DNA of 64,000 bases, from the sequence record PP777464.1; one strand, given 5' to 3'. Of the stretch, positions 30,501 to 38,751 are shown piece after piece. Both the position numbers and the translations under genes were made by a program. The notes under the pieces were generated by a model that was not told the origin of the DNA, did not search any database, and saw only the letters and a program-made list of their open reading frames with translations. Within the stretch, counting starts at the first letter, position 1. Every line of letters starts with the position of its first letter.

Positions 30501-31493
30501 CATGGAACTGTTACCAAATTCATTACCTTTGATAATAAGAACTACGTCACCATCTTGTGGTTCACCACTCGGACGGCTTTCAGATTCTTCGTCTGGATCT
30601 AATGCTAGACCATACACACGTGTTCCATCTTGCATACGTTTAACATATACTTTATAAATTCGGTTGTTTTCACCATTGTTACCAATACTGGTGAAAAGAA
30701 TACGCATACCATCTTGTGGAATAATACCATCAATACGTATACCGCTGTTAATATCTTTTTGTACGATATCTTCTGGTTTAATAATATCAGAGAACAAATC
30801 AACTGTCCCACGGAATTTAGTACCGTAGTTCATTAGTTCGATATTTTTATTGTATTCGATAATTGGAGCACGAGCACGAACAAAACGGGAATCTTGCATT
30901 AGTTCTTCAGTTAGGATTGTACCATCTTCTAAAGTTTCACCTAATGTGTACCAGAAGTTTTGTAGTGACCAAGTGTTACCATTTTCTGCACCACGTTCCA
31001 TTACAATATAATCTGGAGTTGTGATATTATAGCTATTCTTGGAATCCCATAGGTATGAACTGTAGTTGTTCATTTTATTTGGGTTAATTGGTGGGGTCCA
31101 TGAATAGAACTTACCATTAAACAAACGGCTTTCATTTTCGGTTAGTGCACCGTAATGATTCATATAACCAACTAGATCATCATAAAATTGAATTGAACGA
31201 ATGCTGGAGTCATCATTTCTTGAGACATACGCAGAGGACAACTGATATAGTTGACGTGCGACTGTTGACTCGTGTAAGAAGATGTTCCCTGCTGCTGCCG
31301 GAGAACCCATGTCACCAATGTAGCCGTCAACTAATTCGTTTTCAGCCGGATTAAACCATTGTTGGATAACATCATCACTGACTTTCTGAATATCTTCTAA
31401 GCCTTGCATCCACTCAGGCAATCTTTTTATGAAAAGCTTCTTCTGTACTGCTTCAGCCATCTGTGTAGGTTGAAACTTAAAATTATTAGTCAT
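21522..31493 (-). CDS. Giant baseplate wedge protein (~3320 aa; gp7-like by position)
   Basis: Uninterrupted ORF directly downstream of gp6, with YFEEVKPYRTKIR near the C-terminus. Start moved to ATG 31493 (SD GGAG). Confidence 0.7.
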   Translation of the reverse strand: MTNNFKFQPTQMAEAVQKKLFIKRLPEWMQGLEDIQKVSDDVIQQWFNPAENELVDGYIGDMGSPAAAGNIFLHESTVARQLYQLSSAYVSRNDDSSIRSIQFYDDLVGYMNHYGALTENESRLFNGKFYSWTPPINPNKMNNYSSYLWDSKNSYNITTPDYIVMERGAENGNTWSLQNFWYTLGETLEDGTILTEELMQDSRFVRARAPIIEYNKNIELMNYGTKFRGTVDLFSDIIKPEDIVQKDINSGIRIDGIIPQDGMRILFTSIGNNGENNRIYKVYVKRMQDGTRVYGLALDPDEESESRPSGEPQDGDVVLIIKGNEFGNSSMYWDGSHWIQAQSKTSVNVFPQFQLYDRNGVKLNNTTTYPSSTFTGSSLFGFKINYNYATDSVYGYNIELGDYNYYTYENFLQSTRYTYEHLGVEVEIDGLYYYNVIGEGNTMNLETDWVRSTEYSKQYVKQTPQVERTVMFRVFSTVYDMESFKDPVEGMYAYVIEVDRTYQYYKAERETYLDWHVIVGDGVQSVKYNHTFELAQKVLDNSDDIIELVVDGVEIKEYTKTVVNNQVQSITIDSSVDLDEDSVVQIRTYSSTITPNKELGAYEVPINLQNNPYNSNIEYINQGDYTLHFQDIIQKNITSGSADDFNNYEERLAAGLVNNGVGTKIIQNEASMLPLMAHTANEDIDLFESIMFMQAEYFRFINKFNTQMLRLYEEDPSAFLGNSASNIVDAILTAINMGRDSTFPFYYDNVASTAGFIRAFVPPTPQFLGILQAYTPQKATFLTAGSKSSWYNISHTGIISKAYRVINGVDKMDDVVFELENRIFNSIDLTFKDIDYKPVLNSEDLFPTPYFTGTDYSAEEKKTLLLRGYINFTATNGISNSTHDYDANNWRTWNYTGSYYVVDGQRTEIPARGSWRAIYTDQYGTYRPATHPWEMMGFSQRPTWWNQEYEPTAVQVGEREGDVVYVYEALVMNESGDLVPSGLWDIDGTIGDSSTGTILSGERRGQYDKYKRFGVQPFKITKTGEKTSTGIDICEVEYIAPEVLGLVSGNLDHRAEPWSYGDMGDMEFTYMNTAMFAYDQMLLLYKAKPAQFVNYYWDTRNDNLKPVYTDGSQFLYGETRKRLNFDSTTLVHGEKNTRTIGYQMFVSDYLMYQNKNITTKYGDVVRSSYVNVAHKIGGFTKADQLTFTAKSFGLISQENQTIGLVRSNNIRDEQMSAVKITWNGSAYQIDGYDLVGAKFKYKIPVKNGRKVTLKLEDRTVVHYNEWKSEGTLEYGKIFNTYQEVYTFICGYGEYLKEHGWIFEDVNDSGAQQDWTTIAKDFVIWSQNNLSTGEFISCTPSAANAKFGADFGSVQSVTQNSGGVWSLLDDENQGIRQYEIETSRIGNVFTVRTTSESQKRMALIRLSLSSYEHAVVFDDKTIFGDYIYQPTYGAIQELIKMYGYITGSWTGRLQAPGFIILEAGTLPSFEKLVTDFELYYNSETPVSDVQLQELSNHLIGYQTRDYLQRMISSDVSRVDFYKGFIHDKGTNQVMEKVLRVSKSYDTDEYKALQEWAFKIGTYGNINGKKNLQFKLINDQFKQQPQMVSFDVNATSNGTGNGIVYYGEQGVDSRWITRPNGKFSFPMRSGRSENIQLPDIGPVTLDEISYVTKDFSTAYNDRINYMNNSGEIPDSVWMFKDGNDLWNIFELVDTEVEMLSIVPIENTDVYAEQFCKVTLSDDIPLNDGDYYYFVDETNFMPDTLTIESQYYTAGNDPRVMVVPFDTSITIDFTDPDTRPRLYRYVSRFSTEEMRQEYIDRKYSFKAPQSTLFDRPTTYDERTNITALYLNVFDPINGVIPGAAMQNVTYTSPVDPAQYNSNGELIQAWGADKVGQVWWNTSTAFYLDYTRAIYDADGNVDVDATNEYKRYNWGRLLPHSTVDVLEWVCSPVEPYNWDKYCKDVANKNKNNTMYLPSGTALEDNYSTFLEYDSTTDTYVTKYYFWVRDTIYVPPLHSRTKSCTDIARIIKEPAQLNIPWFAPINESSFILSNMQFEVNDDTSILTVSYYMDNTEVIKHDQYQLCKEGDSYNFNPSIWTSMWNSMIGQETTESGTVIDLLYPLVPNGLGSNKTWFQDVIEARRNFVESANNYYRSQNITTNTVLMDEVFNVKTTEVNPNEVSYRVLTYNSELVIAPESDKFKENDAVLVSTSGVLPNPLSTSSVYFVHIDANGYIHLMNSPSSAGSVVTITLENRGEGQQKMIKQSDYVEALGTSLDMTQYWSLADWYDIGYDKNTAYTQESSLEDANTKNYQVGDIIRITDVDGIWTLYIKAQSRDSVYWKAIGRENSTVELNDMLYADYTVRDANGSLSNREINVRKALALLKNSFDLHQSEIVFDMVKYVHVEQSVVDWVFKTSYIYIVGLEQSLVQNYSNDNLINQIVEYFEEVKPYRTKIRSQIEQKTSDDDLIKGLCNDLDPNGYIFADGTWVKTEKDIWDYEYAQFNEVTQRWEQVGELPSDFVTPNRRFQEIDVIMHYDNTQCKPNDNLASVDVLEEVNKKYQSNAQDVVSNFELQRYKYTFPEYSDEDFDLLVAYQMQLYYPELNVTLGIAYGVNQWYADHADDLVATAEFTETLNRVYKESTQNEMFNDVNHYVQYNTLSNRLKLYTGADDEVIHDEVGCGFSGLTYDDNPSTRLPFGYASSTDYNFGYFEVSSELYKKYVSLIKENNTTATDDEVRIILEVEYGVYSYRHVDEDGNQRFYNDAIHVLSGMRGLYDKDATDHYEKAEEILSRMPIDIHAFTMMPRKYVYVNVNGVYESIPDDQSIDDFMEDKFITDGQLVQLAEINLDDLPLDRNNPMYSDYQHILDSITDAKYYDDMNAFDNLALESQTSELKWEVEGDEVDPYIIDISDINPSGRKIGQIRFTVDGYGFNSVSLVQLRDNSRYKTEGMVIINPYKTTEAIVSIPSYAKIENDISKSYSKYDEKYFYKIKSIVSDTEAEVIDNTLSDGDKVMIFTTDGEDYVRYQNNAWETILSVSKIKTDTTPTLYTVRNTANGTVELLDSTGVVLRYDNITKQQQNEPAIPLALNIVRIRTFADPEFLVDGVKLYETNRNYAIDAMNYEVFYDTTLYGGSYNDGITPDDVDVWVVSNEIFEVDGVTIDNGYNLPITGAGVLSELVRTKMTDSVEINVFEYDVGIIQPVLNTEGVWEYAYPLVSDTYIGVIGGTVTNITAISEENATYVSQPDSVSPYSVTNNVLSGAGASMNDIISLGFEKVEVRFANNLLRGVMYSAEHDFKENVTYSFNGLNLGKVNLLKRYSVNSYPIELSVYSDSLQISGNDIKNLLEVK

Positions 31494-31529
31494 TTTTGGA
31501 CTCCATATAATTCGTTCATTCATTTGATT

Positions 31530-31565
31530 TATTTATGATATAAAAAAGACGTTCCGAAGAACGCC
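31530..31565 (-). terminator. Terminator after gp6 (GGCGTTC-TTCG-GAACGTC-TTTTTT) followed by late promoter CATAAATA (31530-31537)
   Basis: UUCG-loop hairpin with T-run on the minus strand, then nnTAAATA. Confidence 0.7.
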
Positions 31566-31573
31566 TTAATGTG

Positions 31574-34500
31574 TTATGAACCAATGTTAATGTTACTCTT
31601 AGCCAAGGAATTGACTATCTGTACGTTATCAACTGATGCAGTACTTAAGAAAATCTGGTCAGAACGTGAAGGGATTTCAAATAGTGAGCCAAATTTAGAG
31701 TTAGGGTTTTGAGCTACGATAACAATAGTACTAATATGTCGTCCTAATTGGGAGTGAATGTATGTACACAAGTCTGTGTAATAGAAACTTTCACCAAAGT
31801 CCCAGTTATCAACATTAAAATACTCGTTAGTTAGTGCTACTACATTTTGACGAATTTCATCATCACTCATTGTACTGTTAGGCAATTTTACAACTTTGAA
31901 ATCTGCTTTATAATCTTCAGCAGCACTCGCACCAAATAATGGTAGATATTCTGCACTATGCCAAATAATACTGTCACTGATGACTATTTTTTGTTCAACT
32001 TCTTTAAAAATGTCTTTCAATTCAACAGATGTTGGCGGTTTAGGAATATTACCTTGTGTTCCATTCTTCAACCATACATCAACTTCAGTTTTGTATGAAT
32101 TGGTTAATACATACATGTCAATCAAATTTGTTCTACTTGGGTCAATGCGATTATCATCTGGTGCATAATGTTTCCAGTGGAAGTCAATACCAGTTCTTGC
32201 ATTCGTTTTTACGGTATATTGTGAAGTTACATCTTTATAACCATAATAATCTAACTTCTGGTTAACATCAGCATTAGTACCGATATTAACAATAGCACGA
32301 TAAAACGCAAGTTCAGGAGTTGCAGCAGTTGTATCATCAGAATAGGTCAAGTTCTCAATTAATTGGTTCAAACGGTCATTATTATTACCAACAGTTTGTT
32401 CTATGAAGTAATATTTACCATCGTATTTAAAGCCAACCATAAAGCCTGAACCTTTACTATAGATACCACTCAATGTTGTTGAGCGAATAGCATTGTTGCG
32501 AACAAATTCACTTCTCTTATACGCATTAGTTTCTGCAAGTGCCTGATCCATTGTATAAGCCCATGAAGAATCAAGAATAGTGAAAGTATCGCTCGGTAAT
32601 GACAGTACTGATATAGTGAAATCATCGTTTTCTTGGAAAACCAATATACCACCATATTTAACTGAATCTTCACCAGTCCAATTTGGTACAATTTCTCTGA
32701 ATTGATTAGGTTCTAGTGGGATTCCATTACTATCAACGTTTTCAGAGGTGATAACCACACGAGAACCATCAAGATACCCGTTTTCTTGTTGAATTGTATC
32801 ATAAATTTGGAAATCAATGTTACTTGTTAACCCAGCATTACTATTGCTTGTGGTATTTGATGATAAAATTTCAATTTTGTCACTTTGAACACTACCAGTA
32901 CTAATATCAGTTATCTTTTTAGAAGAAACGAAGTAAAAACGAACTTTATCACCACCAACGAACACATATTCAACGCCATTCGCATCAAATTCCCATGTTT
33001 CAGCAGTATATTTGATGTTAATCATAACAAGAACTTCATTTCCATTATAAGAAATAGTATCTTCATCAGTACTGATTTCTAATGGAATCCAAGAAGTTGT
33101 TTCTTTATCATGAATAATAACAAAATCTGTCTTTTTATCAAGCATTGCAGCGATTGCTTGCACTTCGACACTATTAAAACGTGTTCTGTATTGTAAAATG
33201 TACTCTTGTGCTTGCATATTTGATGAAACTGAAGTACTTAGAACGTAATATCCATTATCAAGAACACTAACAATACTAGCCCACACAGTAGTTCCGGCAT
33301 TTGAAAACTTAATCAACGTACCAACTTGATAATTTCCGAATACGTTACCTGTTGCCCCCATAATACGACCATACGTATTAGTTGCGTAATTAGAATTGTA
33401 TTCAGGTGTCCATTTTTGTTGAATTTCAATACCAATTGTATTCGGTGGATATGCTTGATAACGTTGGATTACAGCATTCTCACCAATTAATGGCTGAATA
33501 TTATCAATCACAATACTAGCATTTGTTTTGGTAGTTGGTAATTGTAAAGATTTATTAAATTGTGTGTTTTCTTGATACATTGAACCATCATCACTAAACA
33601 CATCAGTGTTTTGATACTTACCAGTTGGGTCATTAATATCAATGAATCGTGACTGTCCACTATATAAACGGTTAATTGCTTTAGATTTAAGAACTGTGTT
33701 ACCCAAACTCAACGGAGCAATGTTATAGTCTTCGCCGTTAACAAAACGGTTTTGAGTGTAATACATTTGTGGAGCACGAGCCTTAATTTGTTCAATTGTT
33801 TCTGCACTTTGTGCACGATCTGATTCATATTGCAATGTGAAACGAATATCCAAAGTACTGGATTCGTAGCTTGATTGTGTTTTGGTTCTATAGGTGTATT
33901 TTACACTTTTGTTCTGGATTTCAGACGTTTTAATGTTGTATGTTTCACCATTACTAACACGATACCATACACGATATGTCCCACGAGGAACAACACCACT
34001 ACGAGAATCAGGATACTTAATAGTAATCTGGTCTTTATCACGAGTTGTGACAGCAAAGATTGTTTTTAGTTGACGGTTAACAGTATTGTATGCGATACTT
34101 TCCATAGATGGAACTTTGGTCCATTTAGTACGTACAATACCATCTTCGTTGATTTCCTGAACCCAAACATCAGTTTCGTTGATATTATCTACGTTGATGT
34201 CTTGGATACGGTTTTCTTCACGAATATTATATTGGTAATCTTGGTATGTCAATGTCCCTTGAACAAAATAAACGAAGAAACCAGTATTTGGTGAACTAAA
34301 TCCGTTACCATCATTCTGATAAACGATATATTTTTGCTCTTGTGGTTCAGGGTGACGCTCTTCAACACCAACTGCTGTAATATCAGGGTTGACAACTTCA
34401 AATGTCATCGATTCACCATTAACTGTAGCTGTGAATGGAAGACTTGGTGCTGACATTGGAATTGTATTCATACGATATAGCTGACGAGAAACACCATTGA

Positions 34501-35035
34501 TATCGATACGTTTAACCGGATTACCAAACTGGTTAGTACTGACAAATGAACTGTTCATAACTAGAATGAAGTTCTCATACCAGTTTGTGTCCATTGGGTC
34601 ATTCCAACGAATGATTTTATCCTTAAGTGATTCGTTAAAACTATTACGAACGTCTTGGTTGGTTTTTATTTCTGTTAATTTAGCAACTGCACGACCTGGA
34701 TATGAACGGCGTGGAGAGTAAGAAATCATTTTTGCGAGTTTCAGTACTGATGCACGACGAGTAGCAGTATCTAGGAAGTTCTCACGAGTGTTTAAATCCA
34801 TACGGAATGCTAAGTTCTGTCCTAGCATAGAAATGGTATCTAGAATAAAGATGAACTGGTCGTTTTCGATCCAGTCGTTGAAAGAATCTGGGTACGTAGC
34901 ACGTAGATAGTCAATCATACTTTGACGGATTGTATCAAAGTCATAAGCTGTTAGATTGATCTTATAAAAGCTTTCATATACTTGAGTCCAATCTTCACCA
35001 GCGTATAAATTTGATTGCCTTTTTTGTTGTGACAT
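31574..35035 (-). CDS. gp6: Baseplate wedge subunit (T4 gp6-like)
   Basis: DFDTIRQSMIDYL...RENFLDTATRRASVLKLAKMISYSP and APQMYYTQNRFVNGEDY. Confidence 0.88.
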   Translation of the reverse strand: MSQQKRQSNLYAGEDWTQVYESFYKINLTAYDFDTIRQSMIDYLRATYPDSFNDWIENDQFIFILDTISMLGQNLAFRMDLNTRENFLDTATRRASVLKLAKMISYSPRRSYPGRAVAKLTEIKTNQDVRNSFNESLKDKIIRWNDPMDTNWYENFILVMNSSFVSTNQFGNPVKRIDINGVSRQLYRMNTIPMSAPSLPFTATVNGESMTFEVVNPDITAVGVEERHPEPQEQKYIVYQNDGNGFSSPNTGFFVYFVQGTLTYQDYQYNIREENRIQDINVDNINETDVWVQEINEDGIVRTKWTKVPSMESIAYNTVNRQLKTIFAVTTRDKDQITIKYPDSRSGVVPRGTYRVWYRVSNGETYNIKTSEIQNKSVKYTYRTKTQSSYESSTLDIRFTLQYESDRAQSAETIEQIKARAPQMYYTQNRFVNGEDYNIAPLSLGNTVLKSKAINRLYSGQSRFIDINDPTGKYQNTDVFSDDGSMYQENTQFNKSLQLPTTKTNASIVIDNIQPLIGENAVIQRYQAYPPNTIGIEIQQKWTPEYNSNYATNTYGRIMGATGNVFGNYQVGTLIKFSNAGTTVWASIVSVLDNGYYVLSTSVSSNMQAQEYILQYRTRFNSVEVQAIAAMLDKKTDFVIIHDKETTSWIPLEISTDEDTISYNGNEVLVMINIKYTAETWEFDANGVEYVFVGGDKVRFYFVSSKKITDISTGSVQSDKIEILSSNTTSNSNAGLTSNIDFQIYDTIQQENGYLDGSRVVITSENVDSNGIPLEPNQFREIVPNWTGEDSVKYGGILVFQENDDFTISVLSLPSDTFTILDSSWAYTMDQALAETNAYKRSEFVRNNAIRSTTLSGIYSKGSGFMVGFKYDGKYYFIEQTVGNNNDRLNQLIENLTYSDDTTAATPELAFYRAIVNIGTNADVNQKLDYYGYKDVTSQYTVKTNARTGIDFHWKHYAPDDNRIDPSRTNLIDMYVLTNSYKTEVDVWLKNGTQGNIPKPPTSVELKDIFKEVEQKIVISDSIIWHSAEYLPLFGASAAEDYKADFKVVKLPNSTMSDDEIRQNVVALTNEYFNVDNWDFGESFYYTDLCTYIHSQLGRHISTIVIVAQNPNSKFGSLFEIPSRSDQIFLSTASVDNVQIVNSLAKSNINIGS

Positions 35036-35093
35036 AATTTATTCCTTTAAATCAGTAAAGTACTAGTTCAGTACTGGGAATTATATATAGAAA

Positions 35094-35132
35094 TATTTAT
35101 CCAAAAAGAAAAGCACCCCGAAGAGTGCTTTT
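35094..35132 (-). terminator. Terminator after gp25 (AAAAGCACTC-TTCG-GGGTGCTTTT) followed by late promoter GATAAATA (35094-35101)
   Basis: UUCG hairpin with T-run, then nnTAAATA upstream of gp6. Confidence 0.75.
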
Positions 35133-35137
35133 ATAAT

Positions 35138-35533
35138 TTACAAAGATGATACAGAATAGGTAGCCATTCTGTTGTTACTTCTTGCATCAAAAACTATAGT
35201 TAATTCTTCAAGAGTATTGAGAACAACATATTCAAGTACTATATCCATCTGATAACCGTACTCAATTCTTGATATTTGAAGTTTCTTTAAGCTTAAACGT
35301 GGGTCCAAGCTAATAATTCTACGGGCATCTGCTTCCAAAAGGTTGATTGTATTATAACCATCCAATTCAAATAGCAAATCCCACGCAATGAACCCATAAT
35401 CAGCATCAAATGCACGTTCACCTTTTTTTGTATTGAAATGATTCATTAAATCCTGACGAACCAATTCACTGTCATACAATGTTTCAGTTCTTCCAACTAC
35501 TGGAGTTGAAAAACCTTTAAAAACAATTGCCAT
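35138..35533 (-). CDS. gp25: Baseplate wedge subunit (gp25/GPW-like)
   Basis: LMNHFNTKKGERAFDADYG..WDLLFE...ISLDPRL. Confidence 0.88.
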   Translation of the reverse strand: MAIVFKGFSTPVVGRTETLYDSELVRQDLMNHFNTKKGERAFDADYGFIAWDLLFELDGYNTINLLEADARRIISLDPRLSLKKLQISRIEYGYQMDIVLEYVVLNTLEELTIVFDARSNNRMATYSVSSL

Positions 35534-35548
35534 TATGTGTTTCCTTTA

Positions 35549-36037
35549 TTATACGGATTCGACGATGCGAGCCATCTTCTCCGCTCTGGATGTGGTTTGT
35601 TTGTACCACGAACTATCACGCATTTCTTTACCAGCAGTTTTATAATCACCACGACCGAGAGCAGCCATCGCTTTTTTGAAATTTAAAACTTTTGATTTAC
35701 CCATTTGGAACACCATAAACCACAATACACGCTGAACCTGTACTGGAGCAGTCATTCCAAATTGATCATAGATTGATTTTGCGTCATTGTAAGCGGTCTG
35801 AGCATCTTTTATAAGGAGAGCATCAGCTTCTGCTTCAGTGAGTCCATTTTTGAAACTTTCACCCTTAAGTACAAGGTGACCGTAACCAATGGTATCAAGA
35901 CCTAGACTGTCTTTATATACCCAAAACTTATCATTTTTAAAATAACCAAGTTTTTTCTGATACGCAATAGTACCTTCAAATTCTTTAATTTCTTTAAAAA
36001 ATTGTTCGTCGGTATTTTTGATTTCCCATTTACTCAT
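35549..36037 (-). CDS. Stand-alone T4-type lysozyme (GH24)
   Basis: E-G...YKDSLGLDTIGYGHL (Glu/Asp/Thr triad), MVFQMG, and S.WYKQT.SRA. Confidence 0.9.
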   Translation of the reverse strand: MSKWEIKNTDEQFFKEIKEFEGTIAYQKKLGYFKNDKFWVYKDSLGLDTIGYGHLVLKGESFKNGLTEAEADALLIKDAQTAYNDAKSIYDQFGMTAPVQVQRVLWFMVFQMGKSKVLNFKKAMAALGRGDYKTAGKEMRDSSWYKQTTSRAEKMARIVESV

Positions 36038-36074
36038 AAAGATTTCCTCATTATTATTTATAGTACTGAAATAT

Positions 36075-38738
36075 TTATTGACATGCCTCTAATCTACGTG
36101 CCATTAATTCAGCACGGCGTGTAGTTTGACGATACCAAGCTGAATTTCGAATTTGAGCAGCAGCTTGCTTGTAGTTACCTTTAGCCATTTCAGATAGCAT
36201 TGACTTAAATTTCATTACACCACCTTTACCCATCTGGAATACCATTTGACATAGAACTTGTTGTGCCATGTAAGGTGTTTTCATCTTATAAGAAGCGTAA
36301 ATGGATTTTGCGTCATATATAGCCTTACTACTATCACGCACCAACATATCATTGGCTTCCTGTTCGGTAATCCCACCAGAGAAGTTTTCACCACTAACAA
36401 TCAAGTGACCGTAACCAATAGTTGGGAACCCACGACTGTCCAAATATCTCCAGAATTTACCATTGCGGTAATATCCTTTAGCTTGTTGATACGCCATTGT
36501 TCCTTCATATTCTTTCAATTCAGAAATAAATTGTGAATCACCTGGAACAACTTTCCAATCAATTGCAGTCTTATCAACATTACCCACATTGTATGATTCT
36601 TGTGCAGTAGGTGCTGGAGTACCACCTGAACGTTGTGTTCTTCTACGACGAGGAACATGACGAGAACCACGTTGAGAATACCCAGTACCGATAGTTTTAA
36701 TTTTAGTTGTTACAACTAATTCATCACTATCAACAGAAGGTTGAACAACAGCTTTCGGTGCTGCTTGGTTCGTTGCTTGTCCTGCAATTAATGTTTTATT
36801 TCCCGCTTCAGAACCTGTACCAGTCTGGGATGCATAGAATAATCCAGGGTCAACTGAACCACTAAATCCTAGTACGTTGGCAGAGGTAACTCTTATTTCA
36901 AATTGAATAACACCATTAGCTTTACCGATAACTTGACCTTTTTGAACAACGTCTTTATTGAGCAAATCTGATTGAATATTATAAAATACAGATTTATATC
37001 CAGACTTATGTTGAACCAATAAAGCACCATTAGTGATAACAACTACACCGCCATCTGGAGCTACAACATCACCCTTGCACTGTATTTCCCAGCCACTTCT
37101 ATCAGCTTTACCACCACCACTAGTCGGGACACCTTTCCCCCAATAACCGTATTGGCGAATGGTTCCACTACACGGCATGAACATATGAAGACCTTCATAA
37201 GTAATGCTATAACCAGTCATACCAGGATCAGAAGTCATTAAATCTTGTGTTTGAACTTGTTCTGTTTCTGTTGTATAATTTACATATTGAATTGCTTCAG
37301 TGTCCTGTACTGGAGCTAAAGTTGGAGCTACATCATTAGCAGGTTCAGGTTGAACTGGGGATTCACTATTCCCACTACCACCACCTTGACGTGGAGGTTC
37401 AACAGTACTGCCGTGATTCTCTGCATCAACCCAAGCCGATATATCATGTATATGATCATTCAAGCCAGCAGATGGGGTGCGGAAGTTTGGTGCATTAAAT
37501 TCAGCAGTACCACTATTACCACCACTGTTAACAGTAAGGGTTTGACCACCACCACTAATAATAGCTGATGAAGAACCAATAAGATTAGCACTGGTAGCAG
37601 CAGAGATTGACGCATTAGAACCAGCAGTTATATCAGTACTGCTACCACTTTGCATACGTAATGAAGCTGCTGTTACTAAACGTAAATCTGCTCCAGCGTT
37701 AATAACAACCTGACCACCAACTTTAGCATCCAATGCACCAACCAAATCTAGTTTAGTGTTTGCACCAACACGAGCATTGAAGTCTGCTCCACTTTCAATA
37801 TTATATGAGCGTCCAGCAACCATGTTAATATCTTGACCTGCACGAATGTTAATATTCTTATCACAGTGCATTTCAATATCACCTTCACCAGTGAATTTAA
37901 TACGTGCAGTACCATCACGGTTAATTAAAAGAACATCACCAGAGGCTTCAGATAACAACAACTGTGCACCACTACGTGTTTTAATTACAACGCCTTCATT
38001 TTTACGAGAACCAACACGAGTATCGTTCACTGGGTTATTGAATTGGGTATCCTGATAACCATCTGGATCTTGATCCCATGTAGGTGCTGTTAATTCTTCT
38101 TCTGTGTAACCATCATCAATAATAAAACTGTTACCACGAGGTGAGGAAAGACCATAAACAGTACTGGTGGTCTGGCGAGTACTGCTACGGTTAGCAACAC
38201 CCGCTTCCTCATCATAAAGTAAGTTTTGTTTTTTCAGACCTGCAATAATTGGAACGTTTGCATATTTGTCTTGAGTACTGGTAGAAATTGTATTACGGTC
38301 ATAATCAGTTACGGGTAATGGCATATCAGTACCTGCATAATTGCTTATTTCAGTAGCCATCCCAGGAACCATCGTATTCATACGTTGGTCATAAACACAA
38401 CCAATCCAATACGCTTGGAATGTTCTTGCTTGTGCAAATATAACAACAACGGTACACCCAACATCAGGTGGAACCGCCCAAAAACCATATCCCTTTGGAT
38501 ATTGACCATAAGCATCAGCACTTGGTATCCCTGGAGTTTTACCAGCGAATGGAGACATGTATGATGCTTCAATCCATGACTCTTTTGAATTTTTATCACT
38601 TTGTGAACCTTGAATCCACACTTTTAGCTTACCGGATTTAGTTGGGTCGCGGTTATCCATCACGGTTGCTAGTTGTGGATACGAAGGATCAAAACGACCC
38701 AACTGTTGTTGGGCATATTTCTTACTTGTATCTGCCAT
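36075..38738 (-). CDS. gp5: Baseplate central spike (gp5-like): OB-fold, beta-helix, HxH tip, degenerate M23-like domain and C-terminal GH24 lysozyme
   Basis: DP.KSGKLKVWI...GFWAVPPDVG, 8-residue beta-helix repeats, LNDHIH, QHKSGYKSVF...VQKGQVIG...FEIR, and EYEG...YLDSRGFPTIGYGHL. Confidence 0.85.
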   Translation of the reverse strand: MADTSKKYAQQQLGRFDPSYPQLATVMDNRDPTKSGKLKVWIQGSQSDKNSKESWIEASYMSPFAGKTPGIPSADAYGQYPKGYGFWAVPPDVGCTVVVIFAQARTFQAYWIGCVYDQRMNTMVPGMATEISNYAGTDMPLPVTDYDRNTISTSTQDKYANVPIIAGLKKQNLLYDEEAGVANRSSTRQTTSTVYGLSSPRGNSFIIDDGYTEEELTAPTWDQDPDGYQDTQFNNPVNDTRVGSRKNEGVVIKTRSGAQLLLSEASGDVLLINRDGTARIKFTGEGDIEMHCDKNINIRAGQDINMVAGRSYNIESGADFNARVGANTKLDLVGALDAKVGGQVVINAGADLRLVTAASLRMQSGSSTDITAGSNASISAATSANLIGSSSAIISGGGQTLTVNSGGNSGTAEFNAPNFRTPSAGLNDHIHDISAWVDAENHGSTVEPPRQGGGSGNSESPVQPEPANDVAPTLAPVQDTEAIQYVNYTTETEQVQTQDLMTSDPGMTGYSITYEGLHMFMPCSGTIRQYGYWGKGVPTSGGGKADRSGWEIQCKGDVVAPDGGVVVITNGALLVQHKSGYKSVFYNIQSDLLNKDVVQKGQVIGKANGVIQFEIRVTSANVLGFSGSVDPGLFYASQTGTGSEAGNKTLIAGQATNQAAPKAVVQPSVDSDELVVTTKIKTIGTGYSQRGSRHVPRRRRTQRSGGTPAPTAQESYNVGNVDKTAIDWKVVPGDSQFISELKEYEGTMAYQQAKGYYRNGKFWRYLDSRGFPTIGYGHLIVSGENFSGGITEQEANDMLVRDSSKAIYDAKSIYASYKMKTPYMAQQVLCQMVFQMGKGGVMKFKSMLSEMAKGNYKQAAAQIRNSAWYRQTTRRAELMARRLEACQ

Positions 38739-38751
38739 ATTAAATTATTCC

